This document shows positions 31,275 to 40,744 of a stretch of 64,000 nt of DNA, piece by piece; the stretch's first letter is position 1; the number at the start of each line of letters is the position of its first letter. Both the position numbers and the translations under genes were made by a program. The stretch is taken from positions 224,001-288,000 of the forward strand of contig CAWGZR010000010.1 in the NCBI GenBank assembly GCA_963827165.1, read 5' to 3'. Source of the DNA: Candidatus Bathyarchaeota archaeon. GTDB lineage: Archaea; Thermoproteota; Bathyarchaeia; Bathyarchaeales; Bathycorpusculaceae. A model generated the notes under the pieces. It did no database searches, was not told where the DNA came from, and saw only the letters and a program-made list of their open reading frames with translations.

Positions 31275-31928
31275 TGTTCTTCTTCCCCTTCCTCTTCAGT
31301 TTCTTCCGTATCCTTTTTAGACTTGGATTTTTTAGGTTTCTTTTCTTTCTTCGGTTTCTCTTCCGCTTCTTCTGGCTCTTCTGTTTCGGTTTCCTCTACT
31401 TCTGCGTCCTTCGTACCCTTGGGGGCTTCTTCCTTTTCAGCCTCGGTTTCCTCGTCTTCAGTCTGTACTGTTTCTTCGCCTTCAGCTTCTTCTTCGTCCG
31501 CTTTCTTTTTCAGGCACCGCAGAAACTTTGACGTTTAGGATTTTAATGTTTAGTTTCTTGGCGTCTGCGATGATTAAGGCACGTTTTCTTTTGCCGACGG
31601 TGTGTGCTATACGCGCAGCTTGAGTGTTAAGGTCAACTTTGGATAAGTCCTCAACATTAAAAACTATAACTTCCCTGTAACCTGAAGGATGAAGACCTCT
31701 TGCGATTTTTGGCCCTTTGTAACCGGTGCTTGAACCCGGTGGCCAACCCTTGATTTTTCGGCGGATCTTGTTGTCTAAGCCTCTAGGTCTTCTCCAGCTA
31801 ATGCTGAATCGGTCATATTTCCAGCTTTCAGCTCTCACGAACTTTGGTTTCTTGTTTCTTGAGCGTGCTCTAAGTCTTAGAGCTTCTCGTGAAAGTTTAG
31901 GTTTCTTTTCGATTTTTTCAGCTGTCAT
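31271..31928 (-). CDS. rpl32e: 50S ribosomal protein eL32 with acidic tail (frameshift near 31500)
   Basis: WRRPRGLDNK, RGLHPSGY; Glu-rich tail in the shifted frame ends at TGA overlapping the eL19 start. Confidence 0.9.
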
Positions 31929-32472
31929 TAGGCTACTCCCTCGTTTCTTTCATAAACATACATGCCGTCAAGGAAGACTCGGGGGTCTTTTCCTCTTACT
32001 CGTGTGGCTTGTTCGATGTTCGCGGCGGTTTGGCTTACATCTTCCAAGTTTGCGCCTTCAACAATGATGTCGTCAGGTTCAATTTTGATTTTGGCGTCTC
32101 CCAGAATTTTTATTCTGCGTTCTCTTCGTTCGCCGGTGAAGTTTTCGATTAGAATTTCTTTGCCTTGAACTTTCACTGAGATTGGAAAGTGCGAGAAGAC
32201 GATTTTGAGCTTGTATGGTAGCCTTTTGTTACGCCTATTATCATGTTGTTGATATGTGAGTATATTGTTCCTACAAGGGCAGCTTCCTTTTTGCGTGGCC
32301 ATTTCGCCCAAACGCGAATAGTTTTGCCTTCGCCTTCTATAGCGATTGTAGCAAAGGAGAAGTCACGTGTTAAGGATCCTTTTTCGCCTTTGAAGCTGAT
32401 TTTTTTGCCGTCCATTTTGACGTCTACGTTATCGGGAACTTGAATGGTTTTGGATATTTCTGGAAGCCGCAT
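31928..32472 (-). CDS. rpl6: 50S ribosomal protein uL6 (frameshift near 32215)
   Basis: HINNMIIGVT.G; SHFP, ENFTGE, QTAANIEQ, DPRVFLDG. Confidence 0.92.
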
Positions 32473-32483
32473 AAATTACACCT

Positions 32484-32866
32484 CTAGTAAACGAAGGCTA
32501 AAAGCCTTCCTCCAAGATTCTTTTCTTCTGCATCCTTGTGGGCTATTACGCCTTTGGAAGTGGAAACAACCATTATTCCAACATCTCTGGATGGCAAATA
32601 CTTCTTTTCCCAATCTTCAAATTCGCCTACTTTGGCGGGGTACGTGGCTTGATTGGTCCACATTTGTTTATTCTGCCAAGTAGTTGAACCTTGAATTTTC
32701 CTGAGCGTCCATCGTCTATAAATTCAAATTCGCCTATGTAGCCGTTAAGCTGCATTATGCGGAGGACTCTTCCCAGAAGTTTAGAAGCAGGGCTAATTAT
32801 GCATTCGCGCTTGTTCCGCATCTCGTTGTTTATGATGGTTATCAAACCATTGGTTAAAGTATCCAT
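32484..32866 (-). CDS. rps8: 30S ribosomal protein uS8 (frameshifted)
   Basis: PASKLLG, GYIGEFE, DGRSG, GRINKCG; ends GGFxxAFVY-TAG. Confidence 0.92.
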
Positions 32867-32878
32867 ACTTTTTAGCTC

Positions 32879-33043
32879 CTACTCATATTTTTTGAAACCA
32901 AGTTTCGGGGCTGCTTCCCTGAAACAGTGCCTACATAAATATAAATTGTACCGTCGAATAACGGGTCCATACGAACCGCATCTAACGCAGGGTCTTGAAC
33001 CTTTGCCGTATTTTCGCACTTTCTTAATTTGCTGCTTTCCCAT
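32879..33043 (-). CDS. rps14: 30S ribosomal protein uS14 (Zn-binding; below the ORF track cutoff)
   Basis: [54 protein letters not shown]. Confidence 0.93.
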   Translation of the reverse strand: MGKQQIKKVRKYGKGSRPCVRCGSYGPVIRRYNLYLCRHCFREAAPKLGFKKYE

Positions 33044-33060
33044 ACATTCATCCTCTGTTC

Positions 33061-33599
33061 CTAAACAATTTCTACTCCTAACGTTTGTCTGATGAAAACG
33101 ACCGATTCCTCAGGTGTCAGCATATGTTTGCGCCGACAGGTTGCTTTTGTTTTCTCCGAATCTTTACCCTTTGACCAGGACGATTAACCGTCACACATAT
33201 GTCCATACCGAAGATTCCAATTTCAGGGTCATATTTCGCGCCTGGGATCTCAATGTGTTCTTTCAGGCCAAAGGCAAAGTTACCTCGCAGGTCGAAGGCT
33301 GTTTTAGCGACCTTATTATCCACGACAGGTAAGACTTTTTTTAGGAAATCAATTGCCTCTTGCTTGCGCAGTGTTACGACGACAGCAATTGATTCGCCCT
33401 CGCGTATGCCAAAGTCCCTAATGGTTTTCTTAGCTTTTTTCTTGACTGGAGTATGGCCAGTGATTTCTTTGAGCACTTTGTTGGCTTTTTCTAGGGGTTC
33501 ACCTGATTTGCCAACGTTAAGGTTAACCACGACTTTTTCGATACGCGGCATAAGCATCGGATGCTGTTCCCAATTTTTAGTTATTGCTTCATCAGACAA
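33061..33599 (-). CDS. rpl5: 50S ribosomal protein uL5 (frameshift near 33125)
   Basis: [34 protein letters not shown]. Confidence 0.93.
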
Positions 33600-34356
33600 C
33601 TGGTGTTTCCTCCACTACTCTAATGAGGGGTTCAGTTTCGCCTATGGAGAAGATAAAGTCTAAGATCGTTTGATATCTAACGCCTTTCGCGTCTTCAATC
33701 ACCACTAGCGCCTGTCGCCTCTTTTTTGCTTCAGTCTTTTCTATTTCAACGATTTTGCCGCTTTTACCGATGTTTTTTCCTCCGGTAATCACAGCCAAGT
33801 TTCCTTCCTTGGTTTTCAACGTGGATGCAACGAGTTTGTCTGCGTAACTGAACTTTAAAATGTCAAATGTTTCGTAAGTGACTTCCACGGGATTTTTGAT
33901 GTCTGCAACCTTCACAAGCATGTTTGACCCATCATGCAACGCGATTTGCACGCCCTTGTTAAGGGTTGTTTTGCCTTCGACGCGCAGCAGTTTGAAATTT
34001 GCTTCTTCTTTGCTGATTGGGTTTAAAACAAGCCCTTTGTGAGATGGCATTACCCGATAGTACTTGTCGGCAGAAGGCATTGAGATAACATCCATCAAAC
34101 CTACTGGGAAATCGTCTTTCCTTCGGATTTTTCCGTCAACCAATACTTTGCCTTCGGAAAGTATCATTTTGGATTCTTTTCGTGTTTGTGCAACGCCTAG
34201 AATGTCCCTTAAGACAAGAGTTAAAGGCAAACATTTCTCAAGTGAATGTGAACCCGATGAGGGCTTCAGTATCCACGGCAATTCTTTCCTATGAATTGGC
34301 CAGAATCTTGGAGCTGGCTTACGTTTCAATCTTGCAGTTTTTCCTTTTTTGCCCAA
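33592..34356 (-). CDS. rps4e: 30S ribosomal protein eS4
   Basis: LKRKPAP..W, LRDILG, FPVGLMDV, ITGGKNIG; start TTG 34356. Confidence 0.93.
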   Translation of the reverse strand: MGKKGKTARLKRKPAPRFWPIHRKELPWILKPSSGSHSLEKCLPLTLVLRDILGVAQTRKESKMILSEGKVLVDGKIRRKDDFPVGLMDVISMPSADKYYRVMPSHKGLVLNPISKEEANFKLLRVEGKTTLNKGVQIALHDGSNMLVKVADIKNPVEVTYETFDILKFSYADKLVASTLKTKEGNLAVITGGKNIGKSGKIVEIEKTEAKKRRQALVVIEDAKGVRYQTILDFIFSIGETEPLIRVVEETPVV

Positions 34357-34357
34357 A

Positions 34358-35204
34358 TTATTGTCCTCCTTCAGTGGCTTTACTCTTAACACGGGGTTTA
34401 TTCGTCGTTTCCTTAGCCGACGCTTTTTTTGCGGGTGCTTCTTTTGGCTTAGCGAGTTTCTTCGCTGCCGCCTTCGCCTGTGCTGCTTTCTTAGCAGGCG
34501 CTTTCTCTTCAACTGCTCGAGCAGATTCTTCCTCTTCAGCTACCAGTTCCTCTGGAACCTCTTTAGCCGCGGTTTTCCTTAGCAGCTTTTGCCTCAGGCT
34601 TTTTTGCTCGTGTTTTCTTTGCCGCCTGAGCTTCTTCGGGTGCTTCCTCAACTTCCGCAATTTTTGCGGCGGGAGCTTCTTCGTTTACAACTTCAGGTGC
34701 AACTTCTTCGACGGGCATTGCTTCTTCAGGTTTTTCTTGTTCAACTTCCCTGACTTCTTCCGCTGGTTTCGTACGAGCTTCTTTGGTTTCCTTTGGTGCG
34801 GCTTTCGGCTTTTCTTCTTTAACAGGCTTTTCTATTGCTTTCTTTCGTGCAAGAATATCTTTGCGCCATTTGTCGTCTAAGTTGAGGTTTCTTATCTGGA
34901 TTTTTGATGGGTGAATCGGAAGGAAAATGTTTGTTCCATCGACTTTTTCTCGTGTTAATCCTTCCATGTAAATGCGATATTCTTTTAGGGCGACGCGTGA
35001 AACTTTACCTTCGAAACCTTTGTTGTCGCCGCGCATGATGCGGACAGTATCGCCTTTTCTGACTGGTAGAGTCTTAACGCCTCTTGAAGAGGCAAGTTCA
35101 CTGGAAAGCGGAGCTGACATAAGCTTGTGGCGAATGTGGGCTGGAGCGTTAAAGAGCCTTTTTCGTTGTTTGCCAGGATTTTTTACACGTTTTGTCTTTT
35201 GCAT
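34358..35204 (-). CDS. rpl24: 50S ribosomal protein uL24 with long E/K/A/P tail (frameshift near 34570)
   Basis: PGKQRK, VRKGDTVRIMRG, PIHPS. Confidence 0.92.
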
Positions 35205-35215
35205 AATCTTGACAC

Positions 35216-35656
35216 CTATACTATGATGCTGGAGGCACTTGCAATTCTTGGCCATCTTTCAGCTGCCTCTCGAGCTACTGGACCTCTTATTTCTGAACCT
35301 TTCATTTCGCCTTCTGGCGTGATGATTACTGCCGCGTTATCTTCAAATTGTATCCAGACACCGTCCACGCGTCTGAAACATTTTCTTTGGCGGACGATTA
35401 CTGCCTGGAAGATCTTTTTACGCATGTCCGGTGACCCTTGCCTGACGGACACTGTGACTTTGTCGCCGACTGTTGCTGATGGGTAACGTCTAAGTCTTCC
35501 TTTGTAACCCATTGCTTGGATTAAGCGTAATACGCGTGCACCTGTGTTGTCGGCGCAACGCAGTTCTGAACCTGAAAGTAGACCTCGACTAATTTTGTTT
35601 CCGTGTGAAAGCATTCCTTTTGCGACAAGGGCTCTCTGTTTCGCTTTCGCCGCCAT
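35216..35656 (-). CDS. rpl14: 50S ribosomal protein uL14
   Basis: CADNTGA, FEDNAAV, GPVAREAAERWP. Confidence 0.97.
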   Translation of the reverse strand: MAAKAKQRALVAKGMLSHGNKISRGLLSGSELRCADNTGARVLRLIQAMGYKGRLRRYPSATVGDKVTVSVRQGSPDMRKKIFQAVIVRQRKCFRRVDGVWIQFEDNAAVIITPEGEMKGSEIRGPVAREAAERWPRIASASSIIV

Positions 35657-35657
35657 T

Positions 35658-35984
35658 TTACTTTTCCTCTCCTAGTTTTTCAACAACCACAAACGACACC
35701 GTTTTGCTTATTGGCCGGCACTCAGCGATTCTTACCCGATCGCCTTCTTTGACGTCGATACAGGGTGGATTGTGAGATGGGATGTGACCGTGCCTTCGCT
35801 CGTACCTTTGGAATTTAGAAGTGAACTGCAAGAATTCCCTATCCACTATTACTGTTTTATCCATTTTTGCCGTGTCAACTACACCGTCAAGTACACGTCC
35901 TCTTATCGCAAGGGTTCCGTGGAATGGACAGTTTCGGTCGTCACATGTTTTTTTAGGTTGCTTAAAAGACATTGACATTACCAT
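35658..35984 (-). CDS. rps17: 30S ribosomal protein uS17
   Basis: CDDRNCPFHG, KMDKT, ECRPISKT. Confidence 0.96.
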   Translation of the reverse strand: MVMSMSFKQPKKTCDDRNCPFHGTLAIRGRVLDGVVDTAKMDKTVIVDREFLQFTSKFQRYERRHGHIPSHNPPCIDVKEGDRVRIAECRPISKTVSFVVVEKLGEEK

Positions 35985-36259
35985 AACCTCTTAATGCTTT
36001 TCTTGAGTCGATCCTCTGTTCTACCAACCAAAAGTTTACCGTCAATCTGCACAACTGTGCCATCGTCAAAATTGAAGTCAAAGATGGCGGATTCCTTGAT
36101 TACGCTTCGGCTCAGACCTTCACCTAGGAAAGTGAAAGTGTTTCTTGTTTCCTCAATTATTTTGCCACCAACGCCAACGTAATCTAGATGTGGACTTTTT
36201 GCGACTTTACCTTTAACACCGATGAATTCGTAGCTGATAATTTCCGGAGTCACTTTCAT
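35978..36259 (-). CDS. rnp1: Ribonuclease P protein component 1 (Rpp29/Pop4)
   Basis: EFIG, GKIIEETRNT, IDGKLLVGRTEDRLKK; conserved position. Confidence 0.9.
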   Translation of the reverse strand: MKVTPEIISYEFIGVKGKVAKSPHLDYVGVGGKIIEETRNTFTFLGEGLSRSVIKESAIFDFNFDDGTVVQIDGKLLVGRTEDRLKKSIKRLW

Positions 36260-36570
36260 TGAGCCGCAGTCTCCTCAACTTTCTTAGCCTTCGGCTTTTT
36301 CTCAGGTTTTGGGGGCGTCTCAGCTTTCTTCTTGGGCTGTGCCTCTTCTTTCTCAGCGCTCTTGCGGATGCCAAGTTTAACTTCATTTTCAACGGTAAGA
36401 ATTTGAGCGATTGTTTTCCGAATTTCTCTTACTCGTGTTGGATTCTCAACGGCGCCGCCTGCTTTAACCATGGTTCTGATGCGGGCGAGTTCTGCACGTA
36501 AGTCGATAAGTTTCTTGCCTCTATCTTCAGAAGTCATGCCTTGGATTTCTTTTAGTCGAATTATCGCCAT
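36256..36570 (-). CDS. rpl29: 50S ribosomal protein uL29 with charged tail
   Basis: ENPTRVREIRKTIAQILT. Confidence 0.93.
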   Translation of the reverse strand: MAIIRLKEIQGMTSEDRGKKLIDLRAELARIRTMVKAGGAVENPTRVREIRKTIAQILTVENEVKLGIRKSAEKEEAQPKKKAETPPKPEKKPKAKKVEETAAQ

Positions 36571-37322
36571 TACTCTTTTGCCTCCTCACCTTTCGGTTCA
36601 TCCTGAACCTCTTTTGCCTGGACCGTTGGCTCTTCCGCTGCCTCTGCTTCCTGCTCTGTCTTAACTGCAGTTTGAGTCTCTGCTGGTGGCGCTTGCTCTG
36701 AAATCATTACGGCTTCTTCGGGAGGCGCTGCATCCAAAATCTTAATTCTGTCAGGGAAATATGCGTCTGGAGGCATGATTTTCACTCTGACGCCGATAAT
36801 ACCTGGTTTAAGTTGAACATGAGCTTCAGCTTTTTTCATAGCTACAAGCGCCGGTTCACCGCAACGTGGGAAATAACCAGCACGGAACTTTTCGAAGCGT
36901 GCCCGTTCGGTTGTGAGTTTACCGCTTATGACTATTTCAGCGCCGAGGGCACCTGCCTCCATAACCTGATTGAGCGCCCAAAAACCAGCACGCCTAAAAT
37001 GAACACCACGTTGAAGCGCTGAAGCAACACGTGAGGCAATAACATAGGCGTTAAATTCTGGAACCTCAATTTCAGAAACTGAAATTTGAGGGTTTGTTAC
37101 TTTGAAGTTTTGTTCCAGCGAAGAAGCAAGGTCTTTTATTGTTTCTCCACCTCTGCCGATGACTAAGCCTGGACGCATCGCATAGATAACCACGTGGGTT
37201 CCAAGCGGGGTTTTAGAAATGTTAACTCCACCATATCCGGCTCGGTCAAGTTTTTTCTGTAAAAACTCATCAATTTCTGTTTTCTTGATTGATTCCGTTA
37301 TGAAACGTTTGACAATACTCAT
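36570..37322 (-). CDS. rps3: 30S ribosomal protein uS3
   Basis: RAGYGG, RPGLVIGRGG, GVHFRRA, ISGKL. Confidence 0.96.
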   Translation of the reverse strand: MSIVKRFITESIKKTEIDEFLQKKLDRAGYGGVNISKTPLGTHVVIYAMRPGLVIGRGGETIKDLASSLEQNFKVTNPQISVSEIEVPEFNAYVIASRVASALQRGVHFRRAGFWALNQVMEAGALGAEIVISGKLTTERARFEKFRAGYFPRCGEPALVAMKKAEAHVQLKPGIIGVRVKIMPPDAYFPDRIKILDAAPPEEAVMISEQAPPAETQTAVKTEQEAEAAEEPTVQAKEVQDEPKGEEAKE

Positions 37323-37802
37323 TTACTTTTCTCCTGAGGTCGGTTTTTCATCGAGCACAATTTCGACATGTGTTGTTGTGTCAAATTTCGGCGAAGACGT
37401 TCCTTGTGCTCTCGGCTTAAACCGTTTAAGTTTGATGCCTTGATACGCTGCCGCGTGGATTATGCGTAGGCGGTCAACATCTAAACTTTTGTTTTCAGCG
37501 TTCGCCTGAGCAGACTGCAAAATATTAAGGATTACTCCGCAGGCCTTAATGGGATATCTTCCCGAGAAACTGTTCACTTGTCCATGTCTGTGAGGCAATT
37601 TCTTGTTGTATCGCATATAGGGAATTGATCTCTTTTTAGCTTGAACATCCCGCAAATACTGTTTCGCATCGTTTAGCATCATGCCTTTGATAGCGTGGCA
37701 AACCTCACGCGAGGCTTTATGGGATACTTTAAGTTCTCTGCCGCTTGCTTTCGCTGTTTTTTCTTCATTTAACTCGATTACTGAGTATCCCCATTTTGGC
37801 AT
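37323..37802 (-). CDS. rpl22: 50S ribosomal protein uL22
   Basis: SHKASREVC, GRYPIK, NAENK, PRAQG, THVE. Confidence 0.95.
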   Translation of the reverse strand: MPKWGYSVIELNEEKTAKASGRELKVSHKASREVCHAIKGMMLNDAKQYLRDVQAKKRSIPYMRYNKKLPHRHGQVNSFSGRYPIKACGVILNILQSAQANAENKSLDVDRLRIIHAAAYQGIKLKRFKPRAQGTSSPKFDTTTHVEIVLDEKPTSGEK

Positions 37803-38297
37803 TTTTACAACTCCGATGCGCATTCAAACACGTAAAAGCAATTTATATGGCTTTCCGTATCAAAACAAAAGTTTCGACTGTGTCGACTACTTAAGTTAGC
37901 CCTTGAACGAGGGCAGGTTCGTTCCTGTGAGGTGTACAAAACTGGATTACGTTTTCGCCTTTTATAGTTTACCTAAAAAAATCTATTACTACTATATAGT
38001 CGAGTTTTTAATGCGCCGAGACTTTTGCATACCTTTTTCTCCAGATGAGAAGAGAAGTTGTGGGGGTAATTATTCCAAATCCTCCCGCCTATCGCGCCTT
38101 GCGCTCAGATGTTTTAAGCACTCTCAAAGGGTTCAATACAAGATTCATCGAAGCAATAGGCTGTAACGCCGTTAAAGGATTCAAATCCTATTCTTCGCCG
38201 ATCTTGCTTTGATTTTTGCAAAATGTTCCATACTGCTAAAACGTTTATGTTCACCTTAGGGGTATTTGCTATTGTAACTAACTGGGAGTAAAATTAA

Positions 38298-39365
38298 ATG
38301 GCTAGCAAAGAAGAAAAAATTACCATGCTGCATGGAGCAGGTGGCACAGTCATGCACAACTTGGTCAAGAACTACATTGTGAAATACTTCGGAGGCTTAA
38401 CCAATGATGCTGAAGTCCCGCTAGAAGCCATGGATGATGCGGCGGTAATAGGCGACATCGTTTTTAAAAGCGATTCTCACGCGGTTAAACCTATATTTTT
38501 CCCAGGCGGTGACATCGGGCGTTTATCCGTTTCAGGCACCGTTAACGACATTTCAGCAATGGGTGCGATGCCTTACGCTTTAGCGTGCGGCTTCATTTTG
38601 GAGGAAGGTTTGCCGCTGGCGGACTTGGAGCGGATTCTGGTAAGCATGCGTGACACATGCATTGAAGTTGGCGTCGGCATAGTTACGGGTGATACCAAAG
38701 TCGTAGAAAAGGGCGCGTTAGGCGGCTTAGTCATGAATCTATCAGGCATAGGCAAACGAACCCCGGCCTTAGACAGTAACCTAGGCGTGGCGAACCAATA
38801 TCGCAAAGTTGCCAGCCGTTGGACTCTGGACTCTAACGTTGTGGAAGGCGACAAAATCATCCTCACAGGCACAATCGGAGACCACGGAATAGCAGTGCTT
38901 TCCGCTCAGCAGGGACTCAAGTTCGGCAGCGAAATAAAATCCGACGTAAGACCATTAAATCGCATGCTTCAGCATTTGTTTGGACAAATAGGGGGGGTTA
39001 TTTCAGTAAAAGATCCCACTCGTGGCGGTTTAGCTGACGCGCTTAATGAGTGGGCGGAGAAATCCCACGTGGGAATATTGATCCAGGAAGGGAAGGTTCC
39101 TATCCGCGAGGATGTTCAGGCGGCATGCGACATGCTTGGCTTGGACCCGCTGGAAGTTGGGAACGAGGGTAAATACATAATCGGAGTGGTCAAAGAGAAA
39201 GCGCAGGAAGCCTTAGAGTTTTTGAAGCAGACGGAAGAGGGGAAGAACGCACAAATAATCGGGGAAGCGACAAGCCAATTCAAGGGCGTAGCGATGCAAA
39301 CTGAGGTCGGCGGTAAAAGAATTATCGCAAGACCAATTGGCGACCCTGTGCCAAGAATTTGCTAA
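38298..39365 (+). CDS. hypE: Hydrogenase maturation protein HypE
   Basis: HGAGG, PIFFPGGDIG, GDTKVV, DPTRGG, NEG, C-terminal PRIC. Confidence 0.96.
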   Translation: MASKEEKITMLHGAGGTVMHNLVKNYIVKYFGGLTNDAEVPLEAMDDAAVIGDIVFKSDSHAVKPIFFPGGDIGRLSVSGTVNDISAMGAMPYALACGFILEEGLPLADLERILVSMRDTCIEVGVGIVTGDTKVVEKGALGGLVMNLSGIGKRTPALDSNLGVANQYRKVASRWTLDSNVVEGDKIILTGTIGDHGIAVLSAQQGLKFGSEIKSDVRPLNRMLQHLFGQIGGVISVKDPTRGGLADALNEWAEKSHVGILIQEGKVPIREDVQAACDMLGLDPLEVGNEGKYIIGVVKEKAQEALEFLKQTEEGKNAQIIGEATSQFKGVAMQTEVGGKRIIARPIGDPVPRIC

Positions 39366-40450
39366 TTTTGGACCGCTACGTTTTTTGCCCAGACTCTGCA
39401 GGTGCCTTCGCTGCTGACCATGCATGCGCCGACGGGTTTCTCGGGCGTGCAGGCTTTCAGAAATAAGGAGCAACCATCAGGTTTGATTCTCCCGATAATG
39501 ACAAGGTGGCATTGGCATCCTGTGATTATATCTTTCCCTGTCTCGACATGAACATCATATTTCTTTCGAGCGTCCAGTTCAGCGAGTGACTCTCGGATTT
39601 CGAGAGCGGAGTTTTCCAAGTTTCCAATGCCGCGCCAGTTGCCGCTTGTAACCTTGAACGCTTCGTTCATAAGTGCTATGGCTTTGGGATTACCTTGTGG
39701 TTTGACCACGCGTGGATATTCATTCTCAAGCCTTGCAGTTCCCTCAGCCTTCTGCTTCACGACCATATAGATAGCCATCAAGACATCAAGGGGTTCGAAG
39801 CCCGCCACAACCGTTGGCATGTGATAGTCTCGAGGGAAAGGCTCATATGGTTTGAGGCCGATGATTGCGCTGACGTGTCCTGGCGCTATAAAACCATTAA
39901 TCTGAAGATCACCTATTCCAAGCAAAAGCTCCATGGCGGGCGGAATCAAACGGTGAGAAACAAGGAAGCTTAGGTTCTTGGGCGGGTTATTAAGCGCTTC
40001 GACCGCAGTTGATGGAGCTGTAGTTTCGAAACCTACAGCGAAAAAAACGAATTGCTTGTTGGGTTCCCGCTCGGCCATTTCAATCGCATCAGAGGCGGCG
40101 TAGACGATTCGGACGTCGGCGCCGACCGCTTTAGCTTCCAAAAGGGACACTTCGCTACCAGGAACCCGCAAAACGTCTCCGAAACATGTGACCACAACCC
40201 CTTTCTTTGCCAGTTGCACCGCTTCATCGATTTCAGCCGCAGGCACAATGCAAACAGGGCATCCGGGACCTGCGATAACTTCGACCCCGTCAGGTAAGAG
40301 GCTGCGCAACCCGAAATGCGTAATTGTCCACTCGTGCGTGCCACAGACATGGCATATTTTGGTTTTTCCAGCTTTAGGCGCCAGGCTTTTAATTTTCGCA
40401 GCAATGCTTTGAGCTAACTGGGGGTTCCGGAACCTTAGGTTTTCAGCCAT
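39362..40450 (-). CDS. hypD: Hydrogenase maturation protein HypD
   Basis: CGTH, GPGCPVC, GFETT, PGHV, GACMVSSEGTC. Confidence 0.96.
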   Translation of the reverse strand: MAENLRFRNPQLAQSIAAKIKSLAPKAGKTKICHVCGTHEWTITHFGLRSLLPDGVEVIAGPGCPVCIVPAAEIDEAVQLAKKGVVVTCFGDVLRVPGSEVSLLEAKAVGADVRIVYAASDAIEMAEREPNKQFVFFAVGFETTAPSTAVEALNNPPKNLSFLVSHRLIPPAMELLLGIGDLQINGFIAPGHVSAIIGLKPYEPFPRDYHMPTVVAGFEPLDVLMAIYMVVKQKAEGTARLENEYPRVVKPQGNPKAIALMNEAFKVTSGNWRGIGNLENSALEIRESLAELDARKKYDVHVETGKDIITGCQCHLVIIGRIKPDGCSLFLKACTPEKPVGACMVSSEGTCRVWAKNVAVQN

Positions 40451-40474
40451 GCTGACCCTTCAAAATTACCTGTC

Positions 40475-40696
40475 CTATTGGCCTGCTTCAAGGATGCTGT
40501 TCCACAGGCTGATGGTTTCTTTGGCGTCTTCTTCTTCGATTATTTGTATAGCGTAACCTGCGTGGACCAACACGTAGTCACCGACTTTGGCTTCGACGAG
40601 CGACACGTTAACCTCCCTTAGGACGCCTTGGCCAAAATCCACGTTGGCTTTATCGCCTTGAAGGTTCATAACTTTAGCGGGAATGGCTAAACACAT
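40475..40696 (-). CDS. hypC: Hydrogenase chaperone HypC
   Basis: MCLAIP, VGDYVLVHAGYA. Confidence 0.95.
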   Translation of the reverse strand: MCLAIPAKVMNLQGDKANVDFGQGVLREVNVSLVEAKVGDYVLVHAGYAIQIIEEEDAKETISLWNSILEAGQ

Positions 40697-40744
40697 AACT
40701 ATCAATAAATAAAACGTTTGAAACGGCGATAAAAACAGATTGGT

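Noticed and set aside
29972-34880. Phe/Ser-rich plus-strand ORFs in the ribosomal cluster
   Set aside because: Antisense shadows of Lys/Glu-rich ribosomal protein tails
38045-38212. tRNA T-arm-like GGATTCAAATCC and a 55-aa ORF upstream of hypE
   Set aside because: No cloverleaf can be built and the ORF has no recognisable motif
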